DNA of 64,000 nucleotides from the human T2T-CHM13v2.0 reference genome, Homo sapiens. The DNA lies in NCBI RefSeq assembly GCF_009914755.1, contig NC_060942.1; one strand, given 5' to 3'. Position 1 is the stretch's first letter; every line of letters starts with the position of its first letter. The translations under genes were made by a program, and so were the position numbers. This document shows positions 39,932 through 54,600 of this stretch, one piece after another. The notes under the pieces are model-generated. The model did not search any database. It had not been told where the DNA came from and was given only the letters and a program-made list of their open reading frames with translations.

Positions 39932-41761
39932 CTATAGTACTATAGCTATAAATTTATTGCTATAAATGCTTACATCAAAAAATAAGAAAAACTTCGAATA
40001 AACCACCTAACAATGCATCTTAAAGAACTAGAACAGCAAAAGCAAACCAAACCCAATGATTACAGCAGATTTCTTCACAGAAATAGAAAAAAATCCTAAA
40101 ACGATATGGAACCACACAAGACCCAGAAAAACCCAATCTAATGTAAGCAAAACAAAAAAAAGGAGGAATCACATTACTTGACTTTAAATTAATACTACAG
40201 AGCTATAGTAACCAAAACGGTATGATACTGGCATAAAAACAGACACACAGATCAGTGGAACAGAACAGAGAACCCAGGAATAAATCCATATATCTACAAT
40301 GAACTCATTTTTGGCAAAGGTTCCAAGAATATACATTGGGGAAAGGACAATCTATTTGATAAATGGTGCTGGGAAAACTGGATATCCATATGCAAAAGGA
40401 TATTTACTTAGCATGAAAAGGGGGAAATAATCTCAAAGCATAATAATATCATCAGAAATATTCAATAAAATATTATTAGGTATGCCAAGAGATGACATGA
40501 CCAAAGCCAACAGGAAATAAGTAGATTTTAATAAAATAATCAAATATAATACACATATTTGAATTAGCACACAAAGACTTTAAAATTATTATAATTGATA
40601 TGTTCAGAAAAATAGAGAACAATTTATTGACAATATTGAGTTTCATCAGAGAATTAAAATATACAAGAAAAAATACACAACTGAGATTCTAGAACTTAAA
40701 ATACAATGTCTAAAACTAGAAAGTTACTAAGCAAATTAGAAATGGCAGGAAATTACCAGCAAATTAGAAATGGCAGGAGACAGCATGAGTAAACTAAGGT
40801 ACAGATTACTGGAAACCCAAAATAATGTACAAAAAAAGACCTGTAAAATGTGTAATAAGAGTCAGTGAAAAAGAGAGAGAGAGAATGAGAGAGAGAGAGA
40901 GAGAATGGACCATAGGCAATATTTGACATGTCCGAACATCTTTAAAAATATCTAGGAATCCCTAGAAGGATAAACAAAGGTTACCCTAGGCTTGTTGTGG
41001 TAAAACTGATGAATAGCAATAAGAAAGAAAAAAATCCTAAAAGCAACAAGAGAGGAGAAAAGACTACATTACCTGCAATGGAGGAATAATGAGACTAAAG
41101 ATGGAACACAATGGAATGACACAATCAAAGAAATGAAAGGAAAAGCTGCTAACCTAGAATTCTTTAACCAGTACAAGCATTTTTCACTGTACCTTGATGG
41201 AGGTAAAATAAACAGGTTTTTCAGACAGAAACTGCCAGAATGTGTTGCCTACAAACTTGCACTAAAAATATAAAGCAATTAAAATTCTAGAGCTGTGCTA
41301 TATAAAAACCTTGTAAGTTATCAATGCTTAGAACAACACAAAATCTGAACATACTAAAAATCAATGACTTTCTTTATCAGATAATTGAAATCACAGGGCA
41401 AACCACCACCTTAAAATTAGGAAAGAGATGTGAATACAGAGGCGCACCTGAGATCTGCTTACCTAGAGCTGTTGGAGCCATAATCTGCTAGAAACATGTA
41501 ATGGCCATTTTCATCAACTGCTGGAAGCTGAGGATAGGTAGACAAGCTTGAGAGTGAAAATGCCTGGGGGCCCCATCATTTCATGGATTTTAACTCTAGG
41601 AACTCTGCCAGGTTCTCAAAGAAAAGATCTAATAAAAATGCCCTCCTGATTCTGGCAGGGGCAATGGTGAGTATCCAGAGCATTCTTGATAAAGAAAAGA
41701 CCTACTCTCCAAGGGAAAAGACTTTATCAGAGCTTATCTGACCTGTGGAAAAGACAATTAG

Positions 41762-42136
<375 letters not shown>

Positions 42137-42694
42137 GTTGAGAAGCATTTAAAAGGTCACAGCTCAGGGATGCAGGCCCACTAAAACACTGATTTTAATC
42201 AAAAGATTATCAAAGGCTTCCTCTCCCCCTCACCTTACCACAACATCAATAAGGCAAAAGTATAAGAACATTGAATTGCAACTAAAAGAGCTGCAAGACA
42301 CAGAATCTGTTTTAAAAGGGATTCTTAGGGAAATTCAAAGATAATAGGAAAGGAGAAAAATAAGGATACTAGAGAAATTGAACCCTCTGGCACCCATAGC
42401 TACAGCGAACATTAAACACAGCTCATTGATATGCTAAGAAAGATAATAAATAGAATCATATAAAATATTCAATTAAAACCAGAGAATGAAGAAAATGAGA
42501 AGATAAGCAAAGAACAACTGCAATTAACATAAAATACTTGCAAACATGGTATATATTAATCCAACTATACCAATGATAACTTTAAATGTGAGTGTCCTAA
42601 ATATTCTAATTAAAAGACAGAGACTGTCATAATAGTGAAGGAAAGACAAGGGCCAACTATATGTTGTCTACAAAAATCTGCCTTAATATAAAGA

Positions 42695-43171
42695 TGTTGG
42701 GAACAGGCCCCCAAATCTGGCCATAGACAGGCCCCAAAACTGGCCATAAACAAAATCTCTACAGCACTGTGACAGGCTTGTGATGGCTATGATGCCCAGG
42801 CTGAAGGTTGCTGGTTTACCAGAATGAGGGCAAGGAACACCTGGCCCACCTAGGGCGGAAAAACCACTTAAGGTGTTCCTGAACCACAAACAACAGCATG
42901 AGCTGTGCCTTAAGGACATGTTCCTGCGGCAGATAACTAGCCTGAGCCCATCCCTTTGTTTCCCGTTTTAGTTAATCTATAATCTATAAAAACAATGCTT
43001 ATCACTGGCTTGCTGTCAATAAATATGTGGGTAAAACTCTGTTCATGGCTCTCAGCTCTGAAGGCTGTCAGCCCCCTGATTCCCACTTTGCACTGCATAT
43101 TTCTGTGTGTGTGTCTTTAATTTCTCTAGTGCCGCTGGGTTAGGGTCTCCATGACTGAACTGGTCTCAGCA
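42695..43171 (+). mobile_element. MER9 solo LTR (HERV-K9 / HML-3, class II ERV)
   Basis: tgttgggaacaggccccc...ctataaaa (TATA-like)...aataaa...ctggtctcagca; TG..CA termini; perfect 6-bp TSD taaaga at 42689-42694 and 43172-43177. Confidence 0.9.
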
Positions 43172-43247
43172 TAAAGAGGCATCTAGGTTAAAGGTAAAGT
43201 GATGGAGAAAGATATACCATGGTAACACTAATCAAAAGAATGCTAGA

Positions 43248-43560
<313 letters not shown>

Positions 43561-45649
43561 GAATAATGGAATAGTTATATTAACTATATACAAAGCAGAC
43601 TTCAGCACAAGGAAAATTATTAGGGATAATAAGGGGCACTACTTAACAACAAAACAGTCAATTCTCCAAAAGGACATAACAATTGTTAATGTATATGCAA
43701 CTAACAACAAAGCATCAAAACACACAATGCAAAAATTGATAGAATTGCAAGGAGAAATAGAAAAATTCACTATTATACTTGAGGACTTCAACACTGCTCT
43801 ATCAGTAATCCCAACAGTGAAAAAATATCATAAAGCATATAGCTGAATTGAACAGCACCATCAATCAACTTGATCTAATTGACATTTATAGAATATTCCA
43901 TCCATCAACAATAGAATACACATTCTTCTCAAGCTCACATGAAATATTCACCAAGATACACCATTCTGAGCCACAAAACAACTTGGAAAATTAATAAATA
44001 GACATTACACAAAGCATGTTCTTAGACAACAATGGAATGAAACTAGATATGAATCACAGAAAAATAACTGGGAAATAAATAAATAAATAAATATGAGATT
44101 AAATAACACTCTTCTAAATAATATATGAGTAAAAGAGGTCTCGAGAAATTTAAAAACATTTTGAACTAAATGAAAATAAAATACCACTAATCAAAATTTG
44201 TGGGATGCAGCAAAATCAATGCTTATTGAGAAATTTATAATATTAAATCTATATACTAGAAAAGAAAAATATCTCAAATAATCTAAGTTTCCACCTTAGG
44301 GAATTAGAGAAAAGCAAGCAATTAAAGCCACAGTAAATACCTTAAGCCAAAATCAAGCCTTAAAAAAGAAAAACATCACAGCAAATAATCAATGAAATTG
44401 AAAAGATAAAATCAATAGAATTAATGAAACCAAAAGCTGGCTTTTTGAAAAGATAAAACATATATATAAACCTCTAATTAGACTATCTAAAGAAAAAGTG
44501 GTGGGAGTGGGAGGAGAAAGAGAGAGTGAGAGTGAAACCATGAACAAAATTTCTACAAAAGAAATTCTACTGGCAGAATGAAAATGATGCCAAATAGTTA
44601 CTTTGAAATGGAGGAAGCAATAAAGACCAATGAGTAAATAGGCAGGTATTTATAAAATTATATTGTGCATTCTACAGTTTCAGTTGACTAGCCTGAAATA
44701 GAAAAAGTATATTGTATATGCAAAATAATAACTGTAACGTGTTGTGGAATTTAAAATCCTACAGAATTAACATGCATGACAATAGTAAGGCAAATGATGA
44801 TAGAATTCATAGAATTATAATGCTCCAGGATCTGGCACTATCAAGAAAGTGATAAAGACCAATAATTTTATGAGATACATTAAATCATACATCCACTGTC
44901 TAGAAATCTCTAAGGTCACCACAAAAAGAATAGTGAAAGAATGTAAATATGTAAGAATAAAGAAAGAATGTATTATGGATAGCAAAATAAAATAATTAAA
45001 AATATTTTACTAATTCAAAGACAGACAAGAAGTTATAGAATAATGAACATAAAGAGATCTGTCACATGTAAAGCAAATTGCAAGATGGTAGCTATTGACC
45101 CAAGTATATAGATAATTAAATTTAAATTGAACAGATACTTCAATAAAATAAGAACCAGACTCATTTTTGATGATATGATAATTAGAAGAGATAAATCATA
45201 CATTCTATGACACAGAATATTTCAAGGTAAAGAGATGAGAAGCATTACCAGAGTTGTTGGGTGCATTTGATAATAATAAAGGAGACAATCCATCAGATAG
45301 ACATAAAAATCTTAAGTCTATGTGCACAAAATTACATATTTGAAAATATATCAAGTAAAAACTGACATAGTAAATGGTGACATAGACAAATCTACAATTA
45401 TATTAAAGATTTTAATGAACTTTCACCAATAGCTGACAGAAAATAAAGTGTCATTTTTCTTAATTTGGCTTTTACCAAAAGATAAAACTTGAAACTCTAA
45501 TGAGAATTTTTCCAAATGAAGAGTGATTATTTGCGATTTTCTGTCCTCTGGAGCTCTCAAATCATAATCCATGTCCATTCTCCTTCTTTGAACCCACAGG
45601 GCTCTATAAACTGAGGTCTGACCTCTCGTACACGTTGTTTTACAGAGTA

Positions 45650-46760
45650 GCTAATACTTCCAGGAGGAAATGTCCACAAGAATGAAATAATGAGATATTG
45701 AAGAGAACATTCATTCCCAGAGGAAAAAATGCATATTGCAAAACAGGCTTTCAGATACTGAAGCATTAGAACAAACAAATCAAAAAGTTTAAATAAATGT
45801 AATAATACAAATTTAACATATATTAAAAGAGAAACAAGATATTTTCAATGTGAATTACAATAAAAACACATTGAAAAAATGAGTTGAAAAATAAGTTGGT
45901 TGATAGAAAGGGTACAGTGGTTAATGTTGAATTGATATAACTGAAAAATGAATTCGTAATTGTAAGACCCAGTTGAATAACTACCCAAAAGGAAGAACTA
46001 AAATGTAAATAAAAAATTTTATTAAATTTAAGAGATTTGGAAAGTAGAATAAAAATATATACAAGAAATAAAACACCAATAATAACAGTTATAGAAATTG
46101 AGAGGAGGAAATATTTTAAAAAAATGAATAATCCTTTTCAGGAATTAAAAAATATCAGTACAATTTATCTTAGTCTTTTCTGGTTGCTAGAACAAAAATA
46201 CTGTGTGGCTGATAAACAACATTTATTTCTCACAGTTCTATGGACCAAGGAGTCTAGGATCAAGACACCAGCAGATTCAGCCACTGGTGAAAGCTGATTC
46301 CTCACACATGGCGCCTTCCATGACTTCACATTATAGAAAAGAGATAAACAAGATCCATCAGGCTTCTTTTAAAAAGAGAAAAAAATCTATTCATGAGGGC
46401 TTCACCCTCACAACCCTAAAATCCCCTAAAGTCCCCACCTTTTAATACTATAATATTGAGGATTAGGCTTCATCATATAAATTTTGGGGGGACACAAATA
46501 TTCAAACCACAGCTAAACAATTTCTAGTGCAAGAGAATTATTCAACAGGTGAGATTAGTAGAGGAACACACCTGGGTATTAAAGAATATATCAGAGACAA
46601 CAGAAACTTCTAAAATCTTCAGAAGGAAGGAGCAGATCAAGGAAAATAATCAGATCAACACATTTTTCAACACCACTGGAAGCAATATAAAGAGGGAATC
46701 ATATTTCGAAGGCATTGAAAAAAATCTAACATAGATGCTTAGATCTAGCCAAGATAATTC
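45650..46760 (+). mobile_element. Very old L1/HAL1 ORF1-like fragment, split by MLT1A
   Basis: A-rich ORF1-like tracts (agagatttggaaagtagaat; atcagatcaacacatttttcaacacc). Confidence 0.45.
46166..46514 (-). mobile_element. MLT1A-like MaLR solo LTR
   Basis: tatcttagtc...atttatttctcacagttct...ctattcatgagggcttcaccctca...ttcaaaccacagc. Confidence 0.85.
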
Positions 46761-47199
46761 AAATATTTAGTCTTTTGAGACTATATTTTAGAAATATAGT
46801 CTCATGAATTTAAAACCTTAGGTTTTCCCCAAAAGAGATTTGCATGGAAACAGTTTTAAATACATTTTTGTAACATTTTAAATTATAACATTTTTATATT
46901 TTAATAAATCTATGCAGTGCTACAAAAGACATATGAAGAACAGATTAAATATGTCAGCAAAATTTGTTGTTTTCTTTTAAAATATAGTGAGCATCAGAGA
47001 AAACAAAGTGTGTATTGCCACAGAATTAAAATCTTGGAAACATCAAACTAGTAAGAACAAAAGGAGAGTGTAGAAGAGGGCTGAGAAAGTATAGTAAATG
47101 TATCATCTTGTTAGAAGTGAGAGATATTGATAAAAATGAAAATATACGTAAAATAAGATTTAAAACAGAAAAAAGACAGAATTACATAATAAAGTGAAC

Positions 47200-48170
47200 T
47201 AATAGAATTAGATAAAAATATTTAAAAAATAGATGAAATGTAAATTTTCTAAACTCACTATTGAAGACACATATTAGGATTGGACTTCAAAAATAACAAA
47301 ATCAAGATATATGATGTTTACAAGAGAAAGACATGAAGAATAAAGACCTATAAAGACTGAATCATTTAAAAAGTGAAAGCATTCTGCCAGGCAAATAGGA
47401 ACCAAAAGAATCTGGTTTGGGTAAACTACTATTAGAAAATTGTACCAAACCATACGAATATATAGAAAACTAGGTATGTCCTATATCTTCCCAGCTTTTT
47501 GCTTGGAGATATTTCTGATCTGTGACACAGGGAAGGGGAACCAAAGCAGGGTCTTATTATGTGGACGGCACAGATACCAGAGTTCTAGGAGGCAGAGGTA
47601 CTTGGAAATTTGGAAGGCGCGGTAACCAAGACAAGGGAACCACACAGAAAAAGAGGTCCAGAAATCTTCAAGTCAATTCAAAGAATGACAAAGAAAGTGT
47701 AGGCTGCATATTCTACGGAGCTCACAAAGAAATGGATATGTGTATTTCAATTAGCCAGAATAAAGAATCTGTGCAGAACACCTGCAGCCTTCAGAAGGGG
47801 CCCCTGAAGGGTCATGCATTTGTAGAGAGCTAAAGTAGCTCCAAAGGAAAATCTACTATAAGTGTACCATAAAGTCAAAAACAAACTTTAAATAACAAAA
47901 TAGAAAATCTGAATAGCCCCATATCTCCTCTAAAAATTGAATTTACAAGACACCAGAAGACTACATCCAGATGAATCCAATGGTAAATTATATTCAACAT
48001 TTCTTAAGAAAAAATAATATTCTTATACAAAATGTTTCAAAAAACAGAGGAAACATGTGTCAACTCAATGAGAAGGCATTACCCTGACACCAAAACCAGG
48101 AAAACAAATTGCAAAAAAAAAAAAAAAAAAGAAAAAGAAAATCACAGACGAATTTCCTTGATTAATAGTT
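47200..48170 (+). mobile_element. Patchwork of old L1 fragments with an A-run at 48113-48140
   Basis: atagaaaatctgaatagccc; cattaccctgacaccaaaaccag. Confidence 0.55.
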
Positions 48171-48655
48171 AAAGGCTACTTACCATAAACAACATTTTAT
48201 ATTGGTTCTTTGTTAATAACCCAGGAGATTCGATGTTCTTAAAAGCAATGGACCATAGTAAGATTCTGGATAGCTAATGGTTTTCTGTGAAAATGGGTGG
48301 TAAGAAAGAAGAATCAACATGATTTTAGGACATGATAGATATGGAAGTTTGTAGTCAGGAAATTGGTACCATTTTAGTTCTTCTTATCCCCTATATAGTA
48401 ATTTTGTATTTTTTTGTGTATGTGTTTCATTTCAATTTTACTTTTGATTATATTAATAATACATATTCATTAAAGAAAATTTGGAAAATAAATAAATGAT
48501 CAATTGTTAAGACTTTAATTTTGTAATCTCAAACCGAAGCGCTAGTAACATTGCACACGTTTCTGCACTGTTGTCTGAATGGGACTTACAGATTCTTCAG
48601 AAAGGAGAGCTAGTCTTCTATGACTCTCTTCTGCTCTGTCTTATACTGAGTTTAC

Positions 48656-50250
48656 AATTGTGTTTTATTTACCTTTCACTTAAACTAGATTGGTTTTACT
48701 TACAAACATAATAAGCACAGAGATAATTTCATTTAAAAATGTCCATTATAATTTTATCTTGGAATATTTATTTTGGTGGTTATTGTTAGTTCATTTAGGC
48801 ATGAGCATTTTGTTTCCCATCTGACTAGACATTTATCTGATCATGTTAGAATATTGTAGCATCTGCCTGCAATAAAAGTTTCATGCAAAGTACTTTTATC
48901 ACAACTCCTTAAGGATGGAGGAGTGAGACTTCCCTAAGTCGAAAATAATTGGTTTAGTATTTTTATGCTTGCCTGCTAATAAATATTTAATTGTGGCAGT
49001 ATTTGCCTGAATATTGCTTTCATTATAACATATAACCTAGCAAAAAGTTTGTGGAGGAACTTTTTACCACTCTCACCTGTCTCAGACAGTTGCAGAATGC
49101 TCTGATTACAGATGGCCAAACTGGCTTGAGTCATCTCAGTTGAAAACAATAACTCCTTATAATAAGGAGTAAGAAATATTACTTCTGTTTCTTCTCCCTT
49201 GTCTCCCTTCTCTTGTCTCTTACCACGAATTCAGAAACTCAATGTATTTTTATAAATATTATAATGTACTTAATTTCCATTAAATAGGTTTTAAATGGTT
49301 TTTCCGGCTCTAAACAACCTCATAAAAATAAATATAGCACTTTAAAAATTCATAGCTAGATCACTTCTTACTAGAATGCTAGATTGGCCTGAAGATATTT
49401 CAATATTTTAAGTAATTTAATTTAAATTTTAAAATATTTAGGTATTAGTAGATTCAATTTTTCAATGTCGATTAATTACATTGATTGTTTTCAGTACCTC
49501 ATGCATAATGATTCTGCTTCTGCAAATAGAAATCAAGGTTTTTATTTTTTAGGTTAAAAACACATATCACATCTTTTTCTTCTTTGAAACTACAACTTTA
49601 GCTGCCAGCAGAAGTTCCTTGGGGGTTTTAAAAACATCAATCAGTTTCACAGCTGGAGAGAGTACTTTTTTAGAGAACAATTTTAGCTAAAAGAAAAGTA
49701 GGCTTTGTCATTTATGAAAGCACGTAACGAGTTAAATTCAAGAAATTGCAAGAAACAGCTTTTCACTCACAACTGACTTTATGTGAAGACAGAAAAAAAA
49801 ATAGAGTAGGCAAAGTAACTAAACACTTACCTAAAATCTTTACATCCCAGTTATGTCTCAGGACTGCAAATAGTGATGTGTGATATGGCCACAGGGCAGG
49901 CTTGGCCTGGGGATGCTATCTGTTCAATTCTGCCAAAAAAAAAAATCCCTGATACACCAGTGTTAAGTCAAAAGCACTTTATTATTTGTGCTTCTCCCTT
50001 AATTGAAATGTCTGAGCCTCAAATCTGAACCTCAAGTCTAAATCTTCACAGAAAAGGAAAATCCAAGATCTCAAGTGAAAGCATTACTTAGCATTGACTT
50101 AGGTTAGAAATTGTATTTTATTTACCTGTCGCATGAACTAGATTATTTGTATTCACAATCATAATAACAAAAACATAATATCATAAAGAGGTCTCCATTA
50201 TAATTTTATCTTGAAATATTTATTATAGTTGCTATTAGTTCATTTAGGCA
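48656..50250 (+). repeat. Diverged ~145 bp direct repeat (48656-48801 and 50109-50250)
   Basis: Shared exact blocks tccattataattttatcttg (20 nt) and ttagttcatttaggca (16 nt), plus collinear ttttatttacct and aactagatt. Confidence 0.85.
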
Positions 50251-50485
50251 GAATATTATAGTTATTAATTGTATCTTGTTGCATTTTAAAGGAAAATATG
50301 TTTTTTAAAGGGATGATTATTTGACATACGTAGTAAAGCTTGGTTAATGGGAATTTTGTTTTTACCAATATTTTAAAGGGGACAATTTCCTTCCCTATGT
50401 AATTGCCACAATATTTTGATGAGTATGCAAAGGAATCAGGTTATACTTTTAGTCAATTAAGATAAATGTAAAAATGCACTACTGA

Positions 50486-50824
<339 letters not shown>

Positions 50825-50909
50825 AGCTTATTCATTTTTTATTGGTTCAGACATATGAAAGAAAACTACTGTGCTATATAAGCATAACTTATATCAAAAG
50901 CTATTACTC

Positions 50910-51232
<323 letters not shown>

Positions 51233-51661
51233 CAGCTGTTTTAATAGTTTATAAATTTGTGTGCAGAAATACATTCATCTATGACAAAAATATAACATGG
51301 CAATTTGGTAATTGACATTTAATTCCACCCAAAGAATTGTTTTAAATAATCCACAGAGATTTCCCTCAGAAAAATCCATCAAACTTAGAAGGAAGGAAGA
51401 AAGCTTTATTTCTTTTGTGATTTTAACTACCTTCTATGTTTAAAAATGGGGGAAAATTATTGACTGTGAAGATGGATTAATGTTAATAAAATCATTTGAA
51501 ACCCCCATTTTGATATTTATTGTGTAAATACTAATGTATGAAACAACTCAAGTGTACTTTGAAACAACAAATTGAGACTTTCTGTTCTTGATTGAAGATA
51601 TTTGCTCATATTATTTGATTTGTCTGACTGTAGTCTTTGAAATTATCCATTTTACCCAGAA

Positions 51662-54600
51662 TTTTTATTTATTTATTTTTTTATTTCAGTAGTTTTGGGA
51701 GAACAGGTGGTGTTTGGTTATTTGGATAAGTTCTTCAGTGGTGACTTCTGAGAATTTGGTGCACCCATCACCAGGGCAGTGTACACTGTACCCAATGTGT
51801 AGTCTTTTATCCCTCACCTGTCTTGAACCCTTCCCCTCGAGGTCCCAAATTCCATTATATCATTCTTATGCCTTTGCATCCTCATAGCTCAGCTCCCACT
51901 TATAAGTGACAACATACAATATTTGCTTTTCCATTCCTGCATTATTTCACTTGGAATAATGGTCTCCAACTCCATCCAAATTGCTGCAATGCCATTATTT
52001 CATTCCTTTTTATGGCTAAGTAGTATTCCATGGTGTGTGTATACATACATATATATGTGTGTGTGTGTGTGTGTGTGTATACGTATATTATATATATATA
52101 TACACGTATATATACACACACACACATACACACATTTTCTTTTTTCACTTGTTGGTTGATGGGCATTTAGGTTGGTTCTATACTTTTGCAATTGCAAATT
52201 GTGCTGCTATAAACATGCGTGTGCACGTGTCTTTCTTATATAATGACTTATTCTCCTTTGGGTAGACACCCAGTAGTGAGACTGCTGGATTGAATTGTAG
52301 TTCTACTTTTAGTTCTTTAAGGAATCTCCATTCTGTTTTTCATAGTGGCTACTAGTTTACATTCCCACCAGCAGTGTGAAAGTGTTCCCTTTTCACCACA
52401 TCCACACCAACATCTATTATATGTTGATTTTTTAATTATCACAATTTTTGGAGGAGTAAGGTGGTATCTCATTGTGGCTTTAATTTGCGTTTCCCTGATA
52501 GTTAGTGATGTTGAATATTTTTTCGTATGATTCTTGGTGATTTGTGTGTCTTCTTTTGAGAATTGTCTATTTGTATCCTTTGCCCACTTTTTTAAAATTT
52601 TATTTTATTTTAAGTTCCAGGATATAAGCACAGAATGTGCAGGTTTGTTACATAGGTATACATGTGCCATGGTGGTTTGCTGCACCTATCAACCCATCAC
52701 CTAGGTATTAAGCCCCACAGACATTAGCTATTTGTCCTGATGCTCTCTCTCCCCCAACCCCACCAACAGGCGTCGGTGTGTGTTGTTCCCCTCCCTGTGT
52801 CCATGTGTTCTCATTGTTCAGCTCCCACTTATGAATGAGAACATGTGGTGTTTGTTTTTCGGTTGCTGTGTTAGTTTGCTAAGAATAATGGCTTCCAGCT
52901 TCATCCATGTCCCTGCATTCCTTTTTATGACTGCATAGTATTCTATGGTGAAGATGTACCACATTTTCTTTATCCACTCTATCGTTGATGTGCATTTGGG
53001 TTGATTCCATGTCTTTACTATTGTGAATAGTGCTGCAATAAGCATATGTGTGCATGTATCTTTATAGTAGACTGATTTATATTCCTTTGGGTATATACCC
53101 AGTAATACAGTTGCTGGGTCAAATGGTATTTCTGGTTCTAGATCTTCGAGGAATCACCACAATGTCTTCCACAATGGTGGAACTAATTTGCATTCCCATG
53201 AACAGCATAAGAGTGTTCTTATTTCTCCACAGCCTCACCAGCATCTGTTGTTTCTTGACATTTTAGTAATTGCCATTTGGACTGGCGTGAGATGGTATCT
53301 GATTGTGGTTATGGTTTGAATTTCTATAATGATCAGTGATGTTGAGCTTTTTTTCATAGATTTGTTGACCACATAAATGCCTTCTTTTGAGAAGTGTCTG
53401 TTCATGTCATTTGCCCACTTTTTGATGGGGTTATTTTCTTCTTGTGAATTTAAGTTCCTTGTAAATTCTGGATATTAGACCTTTGTCAGAGAGGTAGACT
53501 GTAGAAATTTCCTCCCATTCTGTAGGTTGTCTGTTCACCCTGAAGATAGTTTCTTTTGCTGTAAAGAAACTCTTTAGTTTAATTAGATCTCATTCATCAA
53601 TTTTTGTTTTTGTTGCATTTGCTTTTGGGGTCTTAGCCATGAATTCTTTGCCTGAGCCATCTAGAAGAGTTTTCCCGACGTTATCTTATAGAATTTTTAT
53701 GGTGCCAGGTCTTAGATTTAAGTCTTCAATCCAACTTGAGTTGATTTCTGTATAATGTGAGAGATGAGCATCCAGTTTCATTCTTCCACATGATGCTTGC
53801 CAATTATCCCAGCACCATTTGTTGAATAGGGTGTCCCTTCCCCACTTTATGTTTTGGTATACTTTGTCAAAGATCAGTTGGCTGTAAGTATTTGGCTTTA
53901 TTTCTGGGTCCTCTATTCTGATCCATTGATCTACATGCCAATTTTTATACCAGTACCATGAAGTTTTGGTAACTATAACCTTGTAGTATAGTTTGAAGTT
54001 GGGTAATGTGATGTCTCCAGATTTGTTCTTTTTGCTTAGTCTTGCTTTGGCTATGCGGGCTGCTTTTTAGTTCCATATGAATTTTAGAATTGTTTTTTCT
54101 AGTTCTGTGAAGAATTATGATGGTATTTTGATGGGAATTGCATTGAATCTAAGGATTGCTTTTGGCAGTATGGTCATTTTCACAATATTGATTCTACACA
54201 TCCATGAGAATAGGATGTGTTTCCATTTGTTTGGGTCATCTATGATTTCTTTCAGCAGTGTTTTATAGTTTTCTTTCTAGAGATATTTCAATATTTCACC
54301 TCCTTGATTAGGTATATTCCTAATTTTTCTGTTTTGTTTGTTTTCTTTTGGTTTTTCTTTTTGCAGCTATTGTAAAAGGGATTGAGTTTTCGATTTGATT
54401 TTCAGCTTGATCACTGTTGATGTATAGCAGTGCTACTAATTTGTGTATATTGATTCTGTATCCTAAAACTTTACTGAATTCATTTATCAGATCTAGGAGG
54501 TTTTCAATGAATCTTTAGGGTTTTCTAGGTATACAATCATATCATCAGCAAACAGCAACAGTTTGACTTCTTCTTTTCCAATTTAGATGCCTTTTATTTC

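Noticed and set aside
40724-40780. 28-bp tandem duplication (agcaaattagaaatggcagga x2); similar short duplications near 7535 and 26550
   Set aside because: Ordinary slippage-type micro-duplications with no further structure.
48656-48835. Duplicated H/ACA snoRNA
   Set aside because: ANANNA- and ACA-like words are present but expected by chance at this AT content; the hairpins are weak and not conserved between the two copies.
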